From an uncultured Rivularia sp. (GTDB lineage Bacteria; Cyanobacteriota; Cyanobacteriia; Cyanobacteriales; Nostocaceae): 64,000 nucleotides of DNA. A program made the position numbers and the translations under genes. Below, one piece after another: positions 1 to 11,413 of the stretch (positions are counted from its first letter, which is position 1; every line of letters starts with the position of its first letter). The DNA is taken from contig OY762007.1 in assembly GCA_963665115.1 (NCBI GenBank), positions 3,936,001 to 4,000,000 on the forward strand, read 5' to 3'. The notes beneath the pieces are model-generated. The model was not told the DNA's origin. It searched no databases and saw nothing but the letters and a program-made list of their open reading frames with translations.

Positions 1-72
1 TCGCAAGTTAGAAGCGCTCATTGTCAAAATTCGGTAATGTAATGCTTGTGCTTCAAAATGAGGAAAACTGCC

Positions 73-786
73 GTGGTTCCAATTAGAGACAATAATCCGA
101 TTTCCATAACACCTTATGTTACTTATGGACTGATTGCCGTCAATGTCCTGGCTTTTCTGTACGAATCGAGTTTACCACCCCAGTTTCTAGACGGGTTTCT
201 CCATTTATTTGCTGTAGTACCCCGAGAATTAAGCTCTAGTTTTGGTGGAATTGCAGTAAATCAACCCGTCCCTGAGTGGTTGACTTTAATTACTTCCCAG
301 TTTTTACACGGTGGTTTGTTGCACCTGGGGGGTAATATGTTATTTTTATGGATTTTTGGTAACAATGTTGAAGAAAAACTAGGCTATATCAAATATTTAA
401 TTTTTTACTTGGCTTGCGGTGTATTAGCATCCTTGGCTCAGTGGTATTTTTCCCAAGGTTCCGCAATTCCTTCTTTAGGTGCTAGTGGTGCGATCGCCGG
501 TGTGATGGGAGCATATATCATCAGGTTTCCGAAAGCAGAGGTTCTTGGCGTGGTACCTTTGGGCATCTTTTTCCCTACCTTCCGAGTTCCCGCTTACTTC
601 TTTTTAGGATTTTGGTTTATTCAACAAGCTTTTTATGGTGTTTCTAGTTTAGGAATGCCTACTAATATTGGCATGGAAAGCGGTGGAATTGCCTATTGGG
701 CGCACGCTGGTGGGTTTGTCGTTGGAGCAGTTATTGCCCCATTATTAGGTTTATTTAGCGATAAATCGCCCGACGAATCTTGGTAA
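73..786 (+). CDS. Rhomboid family intramembrane serine protease
   Basis: Multi-TM protein with H..GNM, the GASG catalytic Ser and AYWAHAGG catalytic His. GTG start at 73 chosen by alignment to the adjacent paralogue (the ORF track opens at 46). Confidence 0.93.
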   Translation: MVPIRDNNPISITPYVTYGLIAVNVLAFLYESSLPPQFLDGFLHLFAVVPRELSSSFGGIAVNQPVPEWLTLITSQFLHGGLLHLGGNMLFLWIFGNNVEEKLGYIKYLIFYLACGVLASLAQWYFSQGSAIPSLGASGAIAGVMGAYIIRFPKAEVLGVVPLGIFFPTFRVPAYFFLGFWFIQQAFYGVSSLGMPTNIGMESGGIAYWAHAGGFVVGAVIAPLLGLFSDKSPDESW

Positions 787-838
787 CTGGTAATTGGTAA
801 TTGGTAATTGGTAATAGGGCATTGGGCATTGGGCATGG
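781..838. repeat. STRR-type heptamer tandem repeats (TGGTAAT)n and (GGGCATT)n
   Basis: Direct heptamer repeats immediately after the stop codon, typical of heterocystous cyanobacteria. Confidence 0.85.
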
Positions 839-1001
839 GTGTAGAAGCGCAACAGATTGTGATTTTTTCTATTCCCTATTCCCCATTCCCAAATTCTTAT
901 ATTTAATAAAACTATTTGTAAGGTGAAATGCTCTATACTTCGCAACTGTAAGCCCTACAGGTTATAGTGCAGTTGTTACTCAAAAAATAACAAAAACACC
1001 A

Positions 1002-1700
1002 GTGTTCCCTTTATACGACGAAAACCCAACGCGAATCACTCCTTATATTACCTACGGTTTGATTGGCATGAATGTTTTAGTGTTTCTTCACCAATTGTCT
1101 TTGTCAGATGCACAATTAAATCAGTTTTTGCAATTGTATGCAGTGGTACCGCAACAATTAACTGCTAGCTTTGCTGGTGAGGCGATCAATCAGCCAGTAC
1201 CAGAATGGGCAACTTTGTTTTCATCACAATTTTTGCACGGCGGTTGGTGGCACCTAATTTCTAATATGGTGTTTCTTTGGGTTTTTGGTAATAATATTGA
1301 AGACCGTTTAGGTCATTTTAAATATATAATTTTTTACTTGGCTTGCGGCGCTTTAGCTGCTTTATGTCAGTGGTTTATTGGTATGGATTCTGCTATCCCT
1401 TCATTAGGCGCTTCTGGTGCGATTTCTGGAATTTTAGGTGCTTATTTAATCCGGTTTCCTCGAACATTAGTCAATACATTTGTTTTTCTAGGTATTTTTA
1501 TAACTACCCTTAAAGTTCCAGCTTGGGTACTAATAGGGGTTTATATTGTCCAGAATGTTATATCTGGTGTTGCCGATTTGCAAAGAGCCGCTAATATGAC
1601 TATGGAAACAGGTGGAGTCGCTTATTGGGCGCACATTGGCGGGTTTGCATTTGGATTAATTTTAGGTCCCTTGCTTGGTTTATTTAACGACGATTATTGA
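1002..1700 (+). CDS. Rhomboid family intramembrane serine protease (tandem paralogue)
   Basis: GASG and AYWAHIGG motifs; colinear with the upstream gene (shared NQPVPEW, SQFLHGG and IFYLACG). Confidence 0.93.
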   Translation: MFPLYDENPTRITPYITYGLIGMNVLVFLHQLSLSDAQLNQFLQLYAVVPQQLTASFAGEAINQPVPEWATLFSSQFLHGGWWHLISNMVFLWVFGNNIEDRLGHFKYIIFYLACGALAALCQWFIGMDSAIPSLGASGAISGILGAYLIRFPRTLVNTFVFLGIFITTLKVPAWVLIGVYIVQNVISGVADLQRAANMTMETGGVAYWAHIGGFAFGLILGPLLGLFNDDY

Positions 1701-1711
1701 TAAGAGTTAGG

Positions 1712-1756
1712 AGTAAGTAGTGAGTAGTGAGTAGTAAGTAGTAAGTAGTGAGTAAT
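1712..1756. repeat. STRR-type heptamer repeats (AGTRAGT)n
   Basis: About six agtaagt/agtgagt units between convergent genes. Confidence 0.8.
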
Positions 1757-1809
1757 TAGGGGTTAGGAGGTAATTATTTAGTCCCCTTGTCCCCTATCTC
1801 CCCATCTTC

Positions 1810-3967
1810 TTAATTCCGATGCACCCCTGAATACTCCTCCGGATGTATGATATCTGATTCTTCTTCAAAGCGTGAAATAGGTTCCTCAACAGTAATGGTT
1901 ACATCGGCACCATCAATAACTACTCCCAATAATCCCATTTCAGATTCTACCAATTCATCAATGGCTTCACCGAATATATTTTCTTGGGTGTAATTTGGTC
2001 GAGTTACCATAACCATACCGTCGCTGTAAGGATGAATTAGTAAGGCATCGTTTGATAAGCCTAAAGGAGTTGTGTCTAAAATTACTAAGTCAAATCGTTC
2101 TCTAGCATCTTCCATTAGTCGCCGTAATTCGCTCGATTCAAGAACTGCGGCTGATTGCCGTAACGGACCGGGGCTAGGTACGATGTATAAGTTTTCCACG
2201 TCAGGAACAAGGTGGATGCATTCACTGCTGCCGTAGTAGCGCAGAGGTTCAATGTTGGCATCTGAATAGATATTTACATTTAACGATTCACAACAAGATG
2301 GCGATCGCAAATCTGTTTCGATAATTAATGTTCTTTTTCCAGCACGAGCGGAGGCTATCCCTAAGTTGTAAGCGCTTGTGGTTTTGCCTTCTGAACTACC
2401 CGTACTAGTAACAAGTACAACTTTGACTTTTTTACCGCCAGATCGACGTACATTAGAGCGGAATTTTTCTAAAATCTCCATGTAGGGAGACTCGGCAGAA
2501 AGCACCACCGGCACAAGCCCTTCTAGGTCTTCAACTGGCATTATAGGCAATTCTGCCAGCAGCAAAACTTCTCGCTGCTTGAGTGCGTTGCGAATATCTT
2601 CTTTTGTTTTGAGAGTACCTTCGAGAGAACCTAATAAAAAGATTACACCACCACCAATTAACAGTCCTAAGAAACCACCTATACCCAAAGTCACGGGTAC
2701 GCTTTGAGCAGTTGATTCTTGAGGTTCAACTCTTGGTGGCCCCACCAGCAATAACCAAAGTACTTACAGTTTCTGCTTCTGCTGTTCTAGCATCGGCTAA
2801 TTTTGCTTGCATCTGGTCGTACACGGCTTTTTTTAAACCTACCTGCTGTACTAGGCGCGAACGTTCTAATTGCTTGTTGGGGATGAGAGCATAATCTCGC
2901 TGTAATCTAGTTTGTTCTTGTGCTAAATCAAGGAACTGTCTTTGCAAAGTTTCCCGTTGAGTTTGTAAAGCTACTAATTGATTTGCTAACTGCTGCCGTG
3001 CGGGGTCTAAATTACTTTGGGCGCGGACACCGGAAACGTTGGGAAGAGGAGCAGTATTTCCGACTCCACCGACTACCTCAGCTGCACGTTGTTGCAGCAG
3101 TCGTTCATAAGCATCTTTTTGACGCTGTAAAGTAATCATTGCTGGATAAGTAGAACGCACGTCTTTTCTCAAAACCTCCATCTGCGATTCAACTTGATAA
3201 ATTTGGTTGCGTAAATTACCAATAATCGGATCGGCACTTAAAGCCGAAGAAGTATATGCTTGTTGAGCGCTCAAACCTAACCTTTGTTGCAAACTGCGAA
3301 TTTGAGCATCAATACCAGAAACGGTCAGTTTAATTTGCCTTTGTTGGTTTTGGCTACCCGTGATGGTGTTGAGCAAACTGCCATTTTCGGCGGCTAGAAT
3401 TGCCGGACGTTCTATGCGATCGTATTGCTCTAATTTCTTTTCAGCCTCTTCTAATTCAGTCGTAACTTTTGGCAGTCTTTCCTCAATTTTATCAATAATT
3501 GCTTGTAATTTTTCGGTATTATCATCGCCGCTCAACTGTATCATTGCTTGCCTAAAGGCAGACACTACCCGTTCGGCTCTTTTAGGCTCTGTATCTTGAT
3601 ATCTAATAGTAATAATGCCAGCACTTAACTGACCATCTTCCCCTATTTTAGGTACGCTAACTTTAAGATTTTTAGCAACTTTTTTTGGGTCTTCATTGAC
3701 TTTTTTTGCTACAGGAATTATTGTGTTTGCTACTAAAAATTTTTCTGATAATGCCAAACCTCTTTGCTGAATTTCACTACCAGTTGCGGAAAAACTAACT
3801 GGCGGAAGGTTATATTTTAAGGCTCCAGTGGCAATAAATTTTCGTGGTGGTTCTGGTTGTACGGCTAATATAGTTGAACCTGCAACAACTAAACCAAAAC
3901 TCGCTAATCCTATCCATTTGTATTTATCAAAAGCAATTAGATAGCGCTTAACAATTGGTGGAGTCAT
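1810..3967 (-). CDS. Wzc/GumC-type polysaccharide co-polymerase with C-terminal tyrosine-kinase-like P-loop domain; split by a +1 frameshift near 2740 (about 718 aa if repaired)
   Basis: ORF 2726-3967 gives an N-terminal TM plus coiled coils. ORF 1810-2751 gives the second TM plus SSEGKTT, IETDLR and VILDTTP. The two overlap in different frames around CCCC at 2740-2743. Confidence 0.88.
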
Positions 3968-4033
3968 GGCAAAGGTAGGTACAAACAGAATTGGCGGCGG
4001 ACATAGGTAATATCAGTTGACTTATATTGATAT

Positions 4034-5404
4034 CTAAAACGTGAAGGCTTCAAAAAAGCGGACAAAAGACTGAACATCAAGGAAAGGTCTAGTAACATTT
4101 GAAAGAACGTTGGTAATTTTACCAATTAGATTTCGACCAACAACAATAACATCGTTGTCTTGCAACGGTACGTTTTGAGATGCATCTCCTCTAAGTGCGG
4201 TTTTCGCATTTAGTTTTTGGGTAACTGCTTTTCCTTGTTCCGAGTCAAAGCGTATCAAGGCAATGTTTTTTAAATCGGAGCGAGGAATACTTACACTTCC
4301 TAAAGCATCAATAAAATTACTGCCATTAGGTAAAGTTTGAGTAACTATTCCTCCAGAAGCGTAATTTAATACACGTACTCTAATTATTGGCTGTGCTAAA
4401 GATGAACGCGCGACCACATTCGTATCATAACCATCATCCATCGCAACTTCACGGCGCGGAATGACTAGTGAATCGCCATCCTGTAACCGTAAAGACGGGA
4501 AAGTACCGCCATTTAACAACGGAGTGTACAAGTCAATACTTTGCGTGACTACCGAACCATCTATTAGTTTGCGACGCACTTGAATTTGCCGTAAATCAGC
4601 CGTTTTTGTTGAACCCCCGGCCGTTCGCAGAACATCAAGAATGCGGGGTAATGCCGGATTCACGGGATAAACCCCAGGTCTAGTTATTTCTCCAGCGACA
4701 TTTACTTGAATTGGTCGCGGTGATAATAAAGAAATCGTGACAACTGGGTCTACTTGAGTGCGCTGTAAACCCAAACGAATTTTTTCTTGGGCTTCTTCAA
4801 GAGTTAAACCTTTTACCGAAATTTTTCCCAGTCGGGGTACTGCAATATTACCTTCTACGTCTATTCTCGTCTGAAAATTTAGAGGAGGACGTTGCGCGGC
4901 TAATGCTACGGTAACGCTTGGTTCGACTACAAAACGATTCAAGACAGCACGAATTTTTGCTTGGGCTTGCTCTAAGGTTAAACCTTGGAGGGATACAGTT
5001 CCGGCTAAAGGCACTACAACATTACCCTCTCGATTTATCAATGCTTGGAAGCTCAAATCTGGGAAACGCTGCACTATTACAGTAATTCCATCTCCTGCTC
5101 CCAAACGATAACGACCCTCGGGTGCTTCCACAAATATGCCGATTACATCATCAGTGCCTAGAAGATATCTAGTAAATTGAGGTGATATCTCCCCATCATC
5201 GTTCGAGGGAAGCGGAGCTAAAAACTCCACGTCAGGTGGAGGTGCAGGAAGCGGTCCTACAGGGTTTTGTTGTAAAGGCGGTTGTTCTTGAGGTATCTGA
5301 GCATAAATAGGTTGGGAAGCTGTTGCAAAAAAAAGACTTATTTGAAGACTAGCAACACAAAAGGCGTTGAATCCACGCATATGACGTAATCGAGTTCTAA
5401 ACAT
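4034..5404 (-). CDS. Wza-like polysaccharide export protein (duplicated Poly_export domain plus SLBB)
   Basis: YRLGAGD...GNVVVPLAGTVSLQGLTLEQ, a second GNIAVPRLGKISVKGLTLEE, then VAGEITRPGVY and LQDGDSLVIP. Confidence 0.9.
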   Translation of the reverse strand: MFRTRLRHMRGFNAFCVASLQISLFFATASQPIYAQIPQEQPPLQQNPVGPLPAPPPDVEFLAPLPSNDDGEISPQFTRYLLGTDDVIGIFVEAPEGRYRLGAGDGITVIVQRFPDLSFQALINREGNVVVPLAGTVSLQGLTLEQAQAKIRAVLNRFVVEPSVTVALAAQRPPLNFQTRIDVEGNIAVPRLGKISVKGLTLEEAQEKIRLGLQRTQVDPVVTISLLSPRPIQVNVAGEITRPGVYPVNPALPRILDVLRTAGGSTKTADLRQIQVRRKLIDGSVVTQSIDLYTPLLNGGTFPSLRLQDGDSLVIPRREVAMDDGYDTNVVARSSLAQPIIRVRVLNYASGGIVTQTLPNGSNFIDALGSVSIPRSDLKNIALIRFDSEQGKAVTQKLNAKTALRGDASQNVPLQDNDVIVVGRNLIGKITNVLSNVTRPFLDVQSFVRFFEAFTF

Positions 5405-5557
5405 CTGTGCTTCATAAACTGATTTAAAGCATAAAACGGCAAAATACCGTGCTTTATAAAAAACAGTTAAAATATTTAATTACTAGACATTTTTTTATAC
5501 TCTGCTTATCCTCTTACCTGCGAAAATACTGTTAAGAAAAAAATATTTAAATCTCTA

Positions 5558-6271
5558 TTAAGAACTGAAATTAAATAATTTAGTTTGCACCGTTTGACCA
5601 ATAGACTTTATTTGTTCCCAGGTTGTTTCTACTTCTCCTAAAGGCTCCATTGGAATAAATAAACTAACGGCAACCCAAGGAACGCGCTGCTTATGCCACT
5701 GTGCTAACTGGTCAGCCCAGAACCAATGTAAAGGCGAAAAATGCCCTCCGTTTGGCATTGCGTACCATTGCAAAACAGCGAAAGTTTGTTTTTTGCTAGA
5801 TGCACGGAAAAATCTTGCTTTTAGCTCAATTTTGTCTTTTGGTTGTGGCTGTTCAACTGCGAACTGGGCTTCTCTATATTGAGCAACCTGCCACTCTCCC
5901 CACTGCATTCTTCCCCAGCTATTAATTTCTGTCCATTCAACCTGGGGTTGGCTTTTAGGCCCATTTTGAGGTAACAACAGCAACATAGCTGTTGCGGGGG
6001 AATCCTCTTTTTCCATAACTTGTACAGACCATTTACCGGAACCGAGTTTCTGCTCTTGCTGTTGAGTAATTTTCCAACCAGGTAATGTTAAACCTGTTTC
6101 ACGCAACTGCTTTATCTCTCCAAGGTTAGTGATGGGTGGTGGTTGTTTCCATTGCCAATTACCTCGAAAGTATCCTGGTAGTGCCCCGATCGCCAGTAGC
6201 AGCACCAATAGTAAAAGTGCTGCTATCTGCAAAAACTGACGTTCCTTAAAAAATCGGGAAAGGGAAATCAT
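5558..6271 (-). CDS. Cyanoexosortase B system-associated protein
   Basis: N-terminal TM, GALPGY.GNWQWKQPP and FAVLQWYA; lies directly downstream of the exosortase. Confidence 0.85.
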   Translation of the reverse strand: MISLSRFFKERQFLQIAALLLLVLLLAIGALPGYFRGNWQWKQPPPITNLGEIKQLRETGLTLPGWKITQQQEQKLGSGKWSVQVMEKEDSPATAMLLLLPQNGPKSQPQVEWTEINSWGRMQWGEWQVAQYREAQFAVEQPQPKDKIELKARFFRASSKKQTFAVLQWYAMPNGGHFSPLHWFWADQLAQWHKQRVPWVAVSLFIPMEPLGEVETTWEQIKSIGQTVQTKLFNFSS

Positions 6272-6381
6272 TGAATGAACTATTAACTACGAAAGACAAA
6301 ATTGTACTTTTTATACTGGCATTTTGAGTTCAGTAATTTCAACAGTGCTTTACCGATTGTGCGGTGTTGGCAACAGATTAT

Positions 6382-7278
6382 TTACTGAATTTCATCCCCT
6401 GAGTTCTCAACCGAATCTTCTGAAAAATAACTATCAATCCAGTTAATCACTGGTATTAATACTAGTAACATACAAGCAGAATAAAGATCTCCACCCCAAC
6501 TATCATGTAGCCAATGGAAAGCACCATCTTGTCCAGTTGCGTGAAAAAAGGTAAGTAAAGTATTACGAATTATATTTGCGGTAACGCTGACAATCGCAGC
6601 AATTGATAAAAACCAAATGCTTTTGCGTCGGGAAGATAAAGTATCCGTCCAATAAAGCAGTATTAAACCGACATACATAGTAGTAAACAACATTTTTAAG
6701 CCAGCACAATAAGGCGCAACTTCTACAATGCGTCCTTTTGCGTAGATATTAATTCCATCTACAACTATAGGTAGACCAAATTGATTGAGAATAAAGCCAG
6801 CAGTTCCGGCAATAAAGCTTTGCAAAGGCAAAGTAAAAGGTGCTATCAAGTAAGGTACAGAATTAGGAGTTGCCAGCAGAATTAATAATAAAGGAAAACC
6901 CTGTAATTTCAAACCTTTAATTCCCTTTAACCACAAACATAATCCGGTTAATATTACGGGAAAAGATAGGTTTACCCATTCACCGACACCGCTAAGATAA
7001 AAAACTCCTCCGATTGCTAATAGTATGGCACCGAAGACATTAGTGTTATCCGGTAATCTCACCCATTGTTTGCGATTCATCCAAGTTAGATAAGCCGCAA
7101 ATGGAAAACCAATAATACCGTGGCTAAAATATTCGTGTTCGATACTAATATTTTTGTTTATCCAGCCATCGTACCAAAAAAGTACTAAGGGAGCATACAG
7201 TAGAACTAATATACCTAATATTGCATAATTTAATATTTGTGGTGGAATCGAACGTCTTACTTGTTGCTGAGTTAACAT
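6382..7278 (-). CDS. crtB: Cyanoexosortase B (exosortase/EpsH family transpeptidase)
   Basis: HEYFSHG, catalytic Cys in VAPYCAGL, Arg in ANIIRN, His in WLHD; multi-TM. The symbol refers to cyanoexosortase B, not phytoene synthase. Confidence 0.88.
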   Translation of the reverse strand: MLTQQQVRRSIPPQILNYAILGILVLLYAPLVLFWYDGWINKNISIEHEYFSHGIIGFPFAAYLTWMNRKQWVRLPDNTNVFGAILLAIGGVFYLSGVGEWVNLSFPVILTGLCLWLKGIKGLKLQGFPLLLILLATPNSVPYLIAPFTLPLQSFIAGTAGFILNQFGLPIVVDGINIYAKGRIVEVAPYCAGLKMLFTTMYVGLILLYWTDTLSSRRKSIWFLSIAAIVSVTANIIRNTLLTFFHATGQDGAFHWLHDSWGGDLYSACMLLVLIPVINWIDSYFSEDSVENSGDEIQ

Positions 7279-7547
7279 AATTTTAGTTAATTCATCTTGT
7301 ATTTATATTTGAAAATCGATCAAAAACTTTCCGCAGTTAATCTATTTTTATTTTATATTTTGACTTGAAATTATGGATTATTATTTAAGATTAATGATGA
7401 CATAAAAAGTTCCATAAATAAAAATATCCCAGATTTTATACTGTTAAAAAAACATTTATTCTTAATTAAATCTAAAATTGAAACTTTAGTGAAATTTCAA
7501 TTTTAAATTGGTTTTTGCTGATAGATAGCTGATAACTTTAAACTCTG

Positions 7548-8714
7548 TTAAATATGGAGCAATTTATATTGCCGCTCGCTAACTACTGATGCAATTGCTG
7601 TCGCCACTTCCTTGACTTGATTGCTAGTTAAACCGGGGTACATGGGTAAGGATAATATTTGTTCTGCTAACTTTTCAGAATGAGGGAAGTCTCCCATTTC
7701 ATAGCCTAAATCCTTAAAAGCAGGCTGGAGATGGCAGGGAATTGGATAGTGAATTCCAGTTTGAATTCCCTTCTGGGTAAGTTTTTCTTGAATTTCCTCT
7801 CTTTGTAAAGGACAGGATTCATCTACTTTAATTACATAAAGGTGATAGACGTGTCCGTTACCACTTTGATTTTGCATGGGATTAATTCCCAATGGCTCCA
7901 AAGGTGCTAGTTCGCGATCGTACTGCTGAGCTATTTTCAAACGGCTAGCATTCCATCCTGCTAAATGGGGCAACTTTTGATGCAGTACTGCTGCTTGCAA
8001 AGTGTCCAAGCGGCTATTTGTGCCCAACTCGACGTGGTAATATTTTTTCGATGCACCATAATTCCGCAAGCGCACCATTTTCTGTGCTACTTCCCGATCT
8101 GAAGTAACTAATATTCCACCATCACCAAATGCACCCAAATTCTTACTAGGATAAAAACTATAAGCTGCTGCGATTCCGATTGAACCGGCTTTATATCCAT
8201 CTCTGTGGGCTAAGTGTGCTTGTGCCGCATCCTCAAAAATCAATAGGTTATGTCTTTCGGCAAAATCTATTAATTTTTTAGGAGACACTACTTGACCGTA
8301 CAAATGCACTGGAACAATAGCTTTAGTTTTCGGTGTAATTGCATTTTCTGCTGCCGCTAAATCTATTAAAGCAGTGTTCGGGTCGCAATCGACAAAAATT
8401 GGTTTAGCACCTGCACGCAAAACACCAATCAACGTTGCTACAAATGTATTTGCAGGGAGAATCACCTCGGAGTCAGCACCTATATTACAAGCTTGCAAAC
8501 CTAGCGCGATCGCATCAGTTCCGCTAGCAACTCCAACGCCATATTCTGCACCTGAAGAGACAGCAAATTCTGTTTCAAAATCGCTGAGCGCTTTACCTAA
8601 AATAAAATCTCCCCGTTCCAATACATCTTCAATTGCTTGCCGTATTCGTTTCTGAATTGGTTGATGCTGCAAACTTAAGTCTACAAAGGGAATTTTCACA
8701 TTTATATCACTCAT
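7548..8714 (-). CDS. DegT/DnrJ/EryC1/StrS family PLP-dependent sugar aminotransferase
   Basis: IPFVDL, SGTDA, PVHLYGQ, EDAAQAH, SFYPSKNLGAFGDGG (PLP Lys), NSRLD. Confidence 0.95.
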   Translation of the reverse strand: MSDINVKIPFVDLSLQHQPIQKRIRQAIEDVLERGDFILGKALSDFETEFAVSSGAEYGVGVASGTDAIALGLQACNIGADSEVILPANTFVATLIGVLRAGAKPIFVDCDPNTALIDLAAAENAITPKTKAIVPVHLYGQVVSPKKLIDFAERHNLLIFEDAAQAHLAHRDGYKAGSIGIAAAYSFYPSKNLGAFGDGGILVTSDREVAQKMVRLRNYGASKKYYHVELGTNSRLDTLQAAVLHQKLPHLAGWNASRLKIAQQYDRELAPLEPLGINPMQNQSGNGHVYHLYVIKVDESCPLQREEIQEKLTQKGIQTGIHYPIPCHLQPAFKDLGYEMGDFPHSEKLAEQILSLPMYPGLTSNQVKEVATAIASVVSERQYKLLHI

Positions 8715-9579
8715 ATAATCCGCAGCCTCTTTTAGTAAATATCATTTTTTAATACGCGCCTTATCTATTTATGACTAACTACTTAGAAATCAGCAAACAA
8801 ATATTATGAAGGTTCTGTAAATTTTATATTCATGTCCTAATGCTTTTATTTTATCTTGAGCGACCTTCAATAATTCATTAACTTTTTGCTATTCTTTCTC
8901 TGATTTTGTCTTATCTTTATGACAATTATCTAAGATGTTTTTTCATTAGTTAATTAATTGCGCTTTTCAATATTGCAAATTCTCTAAAGCTTTATTGCCG
9001 AGTAATTTATAAATAGAAACTTTATTCAATCAATGAAATTGATCTTGAAATATGCAATCTATTATACAAGAAACAGCAATTTGATCTAATTTGTGGCTAT
9101 TTCTTGATTTAATAATTAAATTTCGACAAGAAACTAGATGAAAATACTCAAAACATTTCGAGTATCTATGAATAAGATTGACTTTATTCGATTGTTTATC
9201 TAATTACCATTGATGGTTTTTCCAATCCTAATGACAACAGTGTATTTACGATAAAAAAACACCAAATATAGAAAATTCAGTAGACCCACGGGCATAATTT
9301 GATATGCGAACAAACAATCTTTCAGCTTTTGTTTGATGGTAATTATTTTATTTCTCGACCATAAGACAAGACAGATATAACTGCTATTTACAGCATCGAC
9401 TAATTGACCGTGAAACTACCCCTTTAGATGCTTGTAAGTGACATAAATTTCTGATTTAGAAAAAAAAATACGAGCAAGCTGTTTGTCTGAGGTGAATTTG
9501 GGGAATGCTTAAGAATAGTAAAGACGATAGATAAGTAAATGAAATATAGTTTCCAAGAAAAATTAAGGTAGCAGCGGTA

Positions 9580-11127
9580 ATGGTAGAGCCTGAAAACAAA
9601 ATGTTTGCCCACAAAGATGGTTGGGCAACGCCTGAGAACAAAGAGCAGCAACGGCTTCAAGCTATATTGAGGTTGGGTTTGCGGCAGCCAGAAACAATTC
9701 CGGTTTTTGAAGAAGCCACCCAAACTGCGGCCCACTTCCTCGAAGCACCTATTTCGATTCTGGGGTTTGTAGATAACGAGCGCCACTGGTTTAAGTCAGC
9801 GGTGGGTTTGTCCCGCTTGGGACTAATGAATCAGCTCGCACAAACCCGTCAACTATCAAGGCAAGAATCTTTCTGTACCCAGGTAGTAGAAAGTATGCAA
9901 ATGGTAGTAATTAACGATACGAATCAGCTGGATCGAGCGGAACTAGTTGCCGGTAAGCTAGTCAAGGATTATGGAATTCGTGCCTATGTAGGAGTGCCAC
10001 TGATTGATGCCCAAGGGTATTGTTTGGGCGCACTAGCGGTAATGGATTTAATGCCGCGCAATTTCTCCACTAGGGATATTGAGTTTTTGCAAATCATTGC
10101 TCGCTGGAGCATGAGTGAATTTGAACGCAACCGATTGCTCCAAGAAGGCACAGCAAAAAGTATTTCTTCTAAAAAAACAAATAACTTTGAAGAAGCTACT
10201 GCCTCGGAAATCAAAATCAGTGCGCCAGCTTTTCAAGACTCGGTTTTCACCAGTCAGCTGAAATTGCAGCTTTTAGGACAGTTGACTCAGGAGTTACGTA
10301 CTCCTTTAACATCAGTTTTAGGTATGGCTAGTGTTTTAGGACGGGAAATATACGGTCCTTTGACAACCAAGCAAAGAGAATATCTAGAAATTATTCAGCA
10401 TAGCGGTAGATATTTGCTTTCCTTAGTCAACGAAATTTCTGAGTTGGGAGCAATGGATGATACGAATACCGAACTAAATTTGGCTCCCGTAGATATTGAA
10501 ATGCTTTGCCAGCAAGCTATCAATACATTAGAAGAAGCAGCTGCTCGCCGCGAGCAAGATATTCGTCTATCTATAGAACCCGGACGAAATCGTATTTTGC
10601 CATTAGACAAAGATAAAGTGCGGCAAATTTTGTATCACCTGATTTTCAGCGTGATTCAACTTTCTGCAACTGGTAGCGTTGTGAGGATTCATGTTTCTTA
10701 TAAAGAAGATGCCCTCTTACTTACGATTTGGGTTTCTCATCCTTGGTTGGGAGAAGGAATAACCGAAGTAGATCCCTATTTCCGCCTTTCTCAAATATCT
10801 TCGATGGAACTCGCATCCGATATCAAGTCAGCTTTTAGCACTCATCCCGAAAGCAGAGAAACACTCAACGGTATGGCTTCAAAGAGTGGTATTCCAATTA
10901 CGGAGAATATTTCTTCTGGTGGAATTGCTGTTGATTCATCAAGCAACGAAAGTAATTCACAATCTGGTGGCGTATCCCGCGAAACCTTGGGCTTATTACT
11001 CAGTTGCCAATTAGCGGAGTTACACGGAGGAGACATCACAATTCAAGGTTCCCAAGAATCGGGATATCGCTATGTACTTTCTTTACCTTTAAATCAAGGT
11101 AATACTGAAGCAGTCTCAGATGCATAA
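9580..11127 (+). CDS. GAF-domain sensor histidine kinase-like protein with a degenerate H-box
   Basis: GAF (SFCTQVV, IRAYVGVPL, GALAVMD), HisKA-like TQELRTPL, and a HATPase-like tail LGLLLSCQLAELHGG. Confidence 0.85.
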   Translation: MVEPENKMFAHKDGWATPENKEQQRLQAILRLGLRQPETIPVFEEATQTAAHFLEAPISILGFVDNERHWFKSAVGLSRLGLMNQLAQTRQLSRQESFCTQVVESMQMVVINDTNQLDRAELVAGKLVKDYGIRAYVGVPLIDAQGYCLGALAVMDLMPRNFSTRDIEFLQIIARWSMSEFERNRLLQEGTAKSISSKKTNNFEEATASEIKISAPAFQDSVFTSQLKLQLLGQLTQELRTPLTSVLGMASVLGREIYGPLTTKQREYLEIIQHSGRYLLSLVNEISELGAMDDTNTELNLAPVDIEMLCQQAINTLEEAAARREQDIRLSIEPGRNRILPLDKDKVRQILYHLIFSVIQLSATGSVVRIHVSYKEDALLLTIWVSHPWLGEGITEVDPYFRLSQISSMELASDIKSAFSTHPESRETLNGMASKSGIPITENISSGGIAVDSSSNESNSQSGGVSRETLGLLLSCQLAELHGGDITIQGSQESGYRYVLSLPLNQGNTEAVSDA

Positions 11128-11413
11128 AGTTACATCTCACAAAATCCATGTGGTTTATTTGTTGCTTTCCCAACAATCTTTAATTAGCATCGCAGGAAAA
11201 TTTTCGGATTGATAATAGGTACGTTGTAATGATTGATGGGTAAGTGGTAATAGTTAAAGACAAAACTGTTACCACCAGAGCATTGCCGGATTGATTAATA
11301 ATTTGATTAATAATTTCCTAAATGCAGTCTAGATTATTACTTTTTTCGGACTAAGCACATTATTATTAGTCCATGATTTTCGCTCGATGCTAATTGACTA
11401 AGGCCCGAATTGT

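Noticed and set aside
9424..9786. 120-aa and 61-aa minus-strand ORFs
   Set aside because: Antisense to the kinase-like gene and its AT-rich leader, with no motifs.
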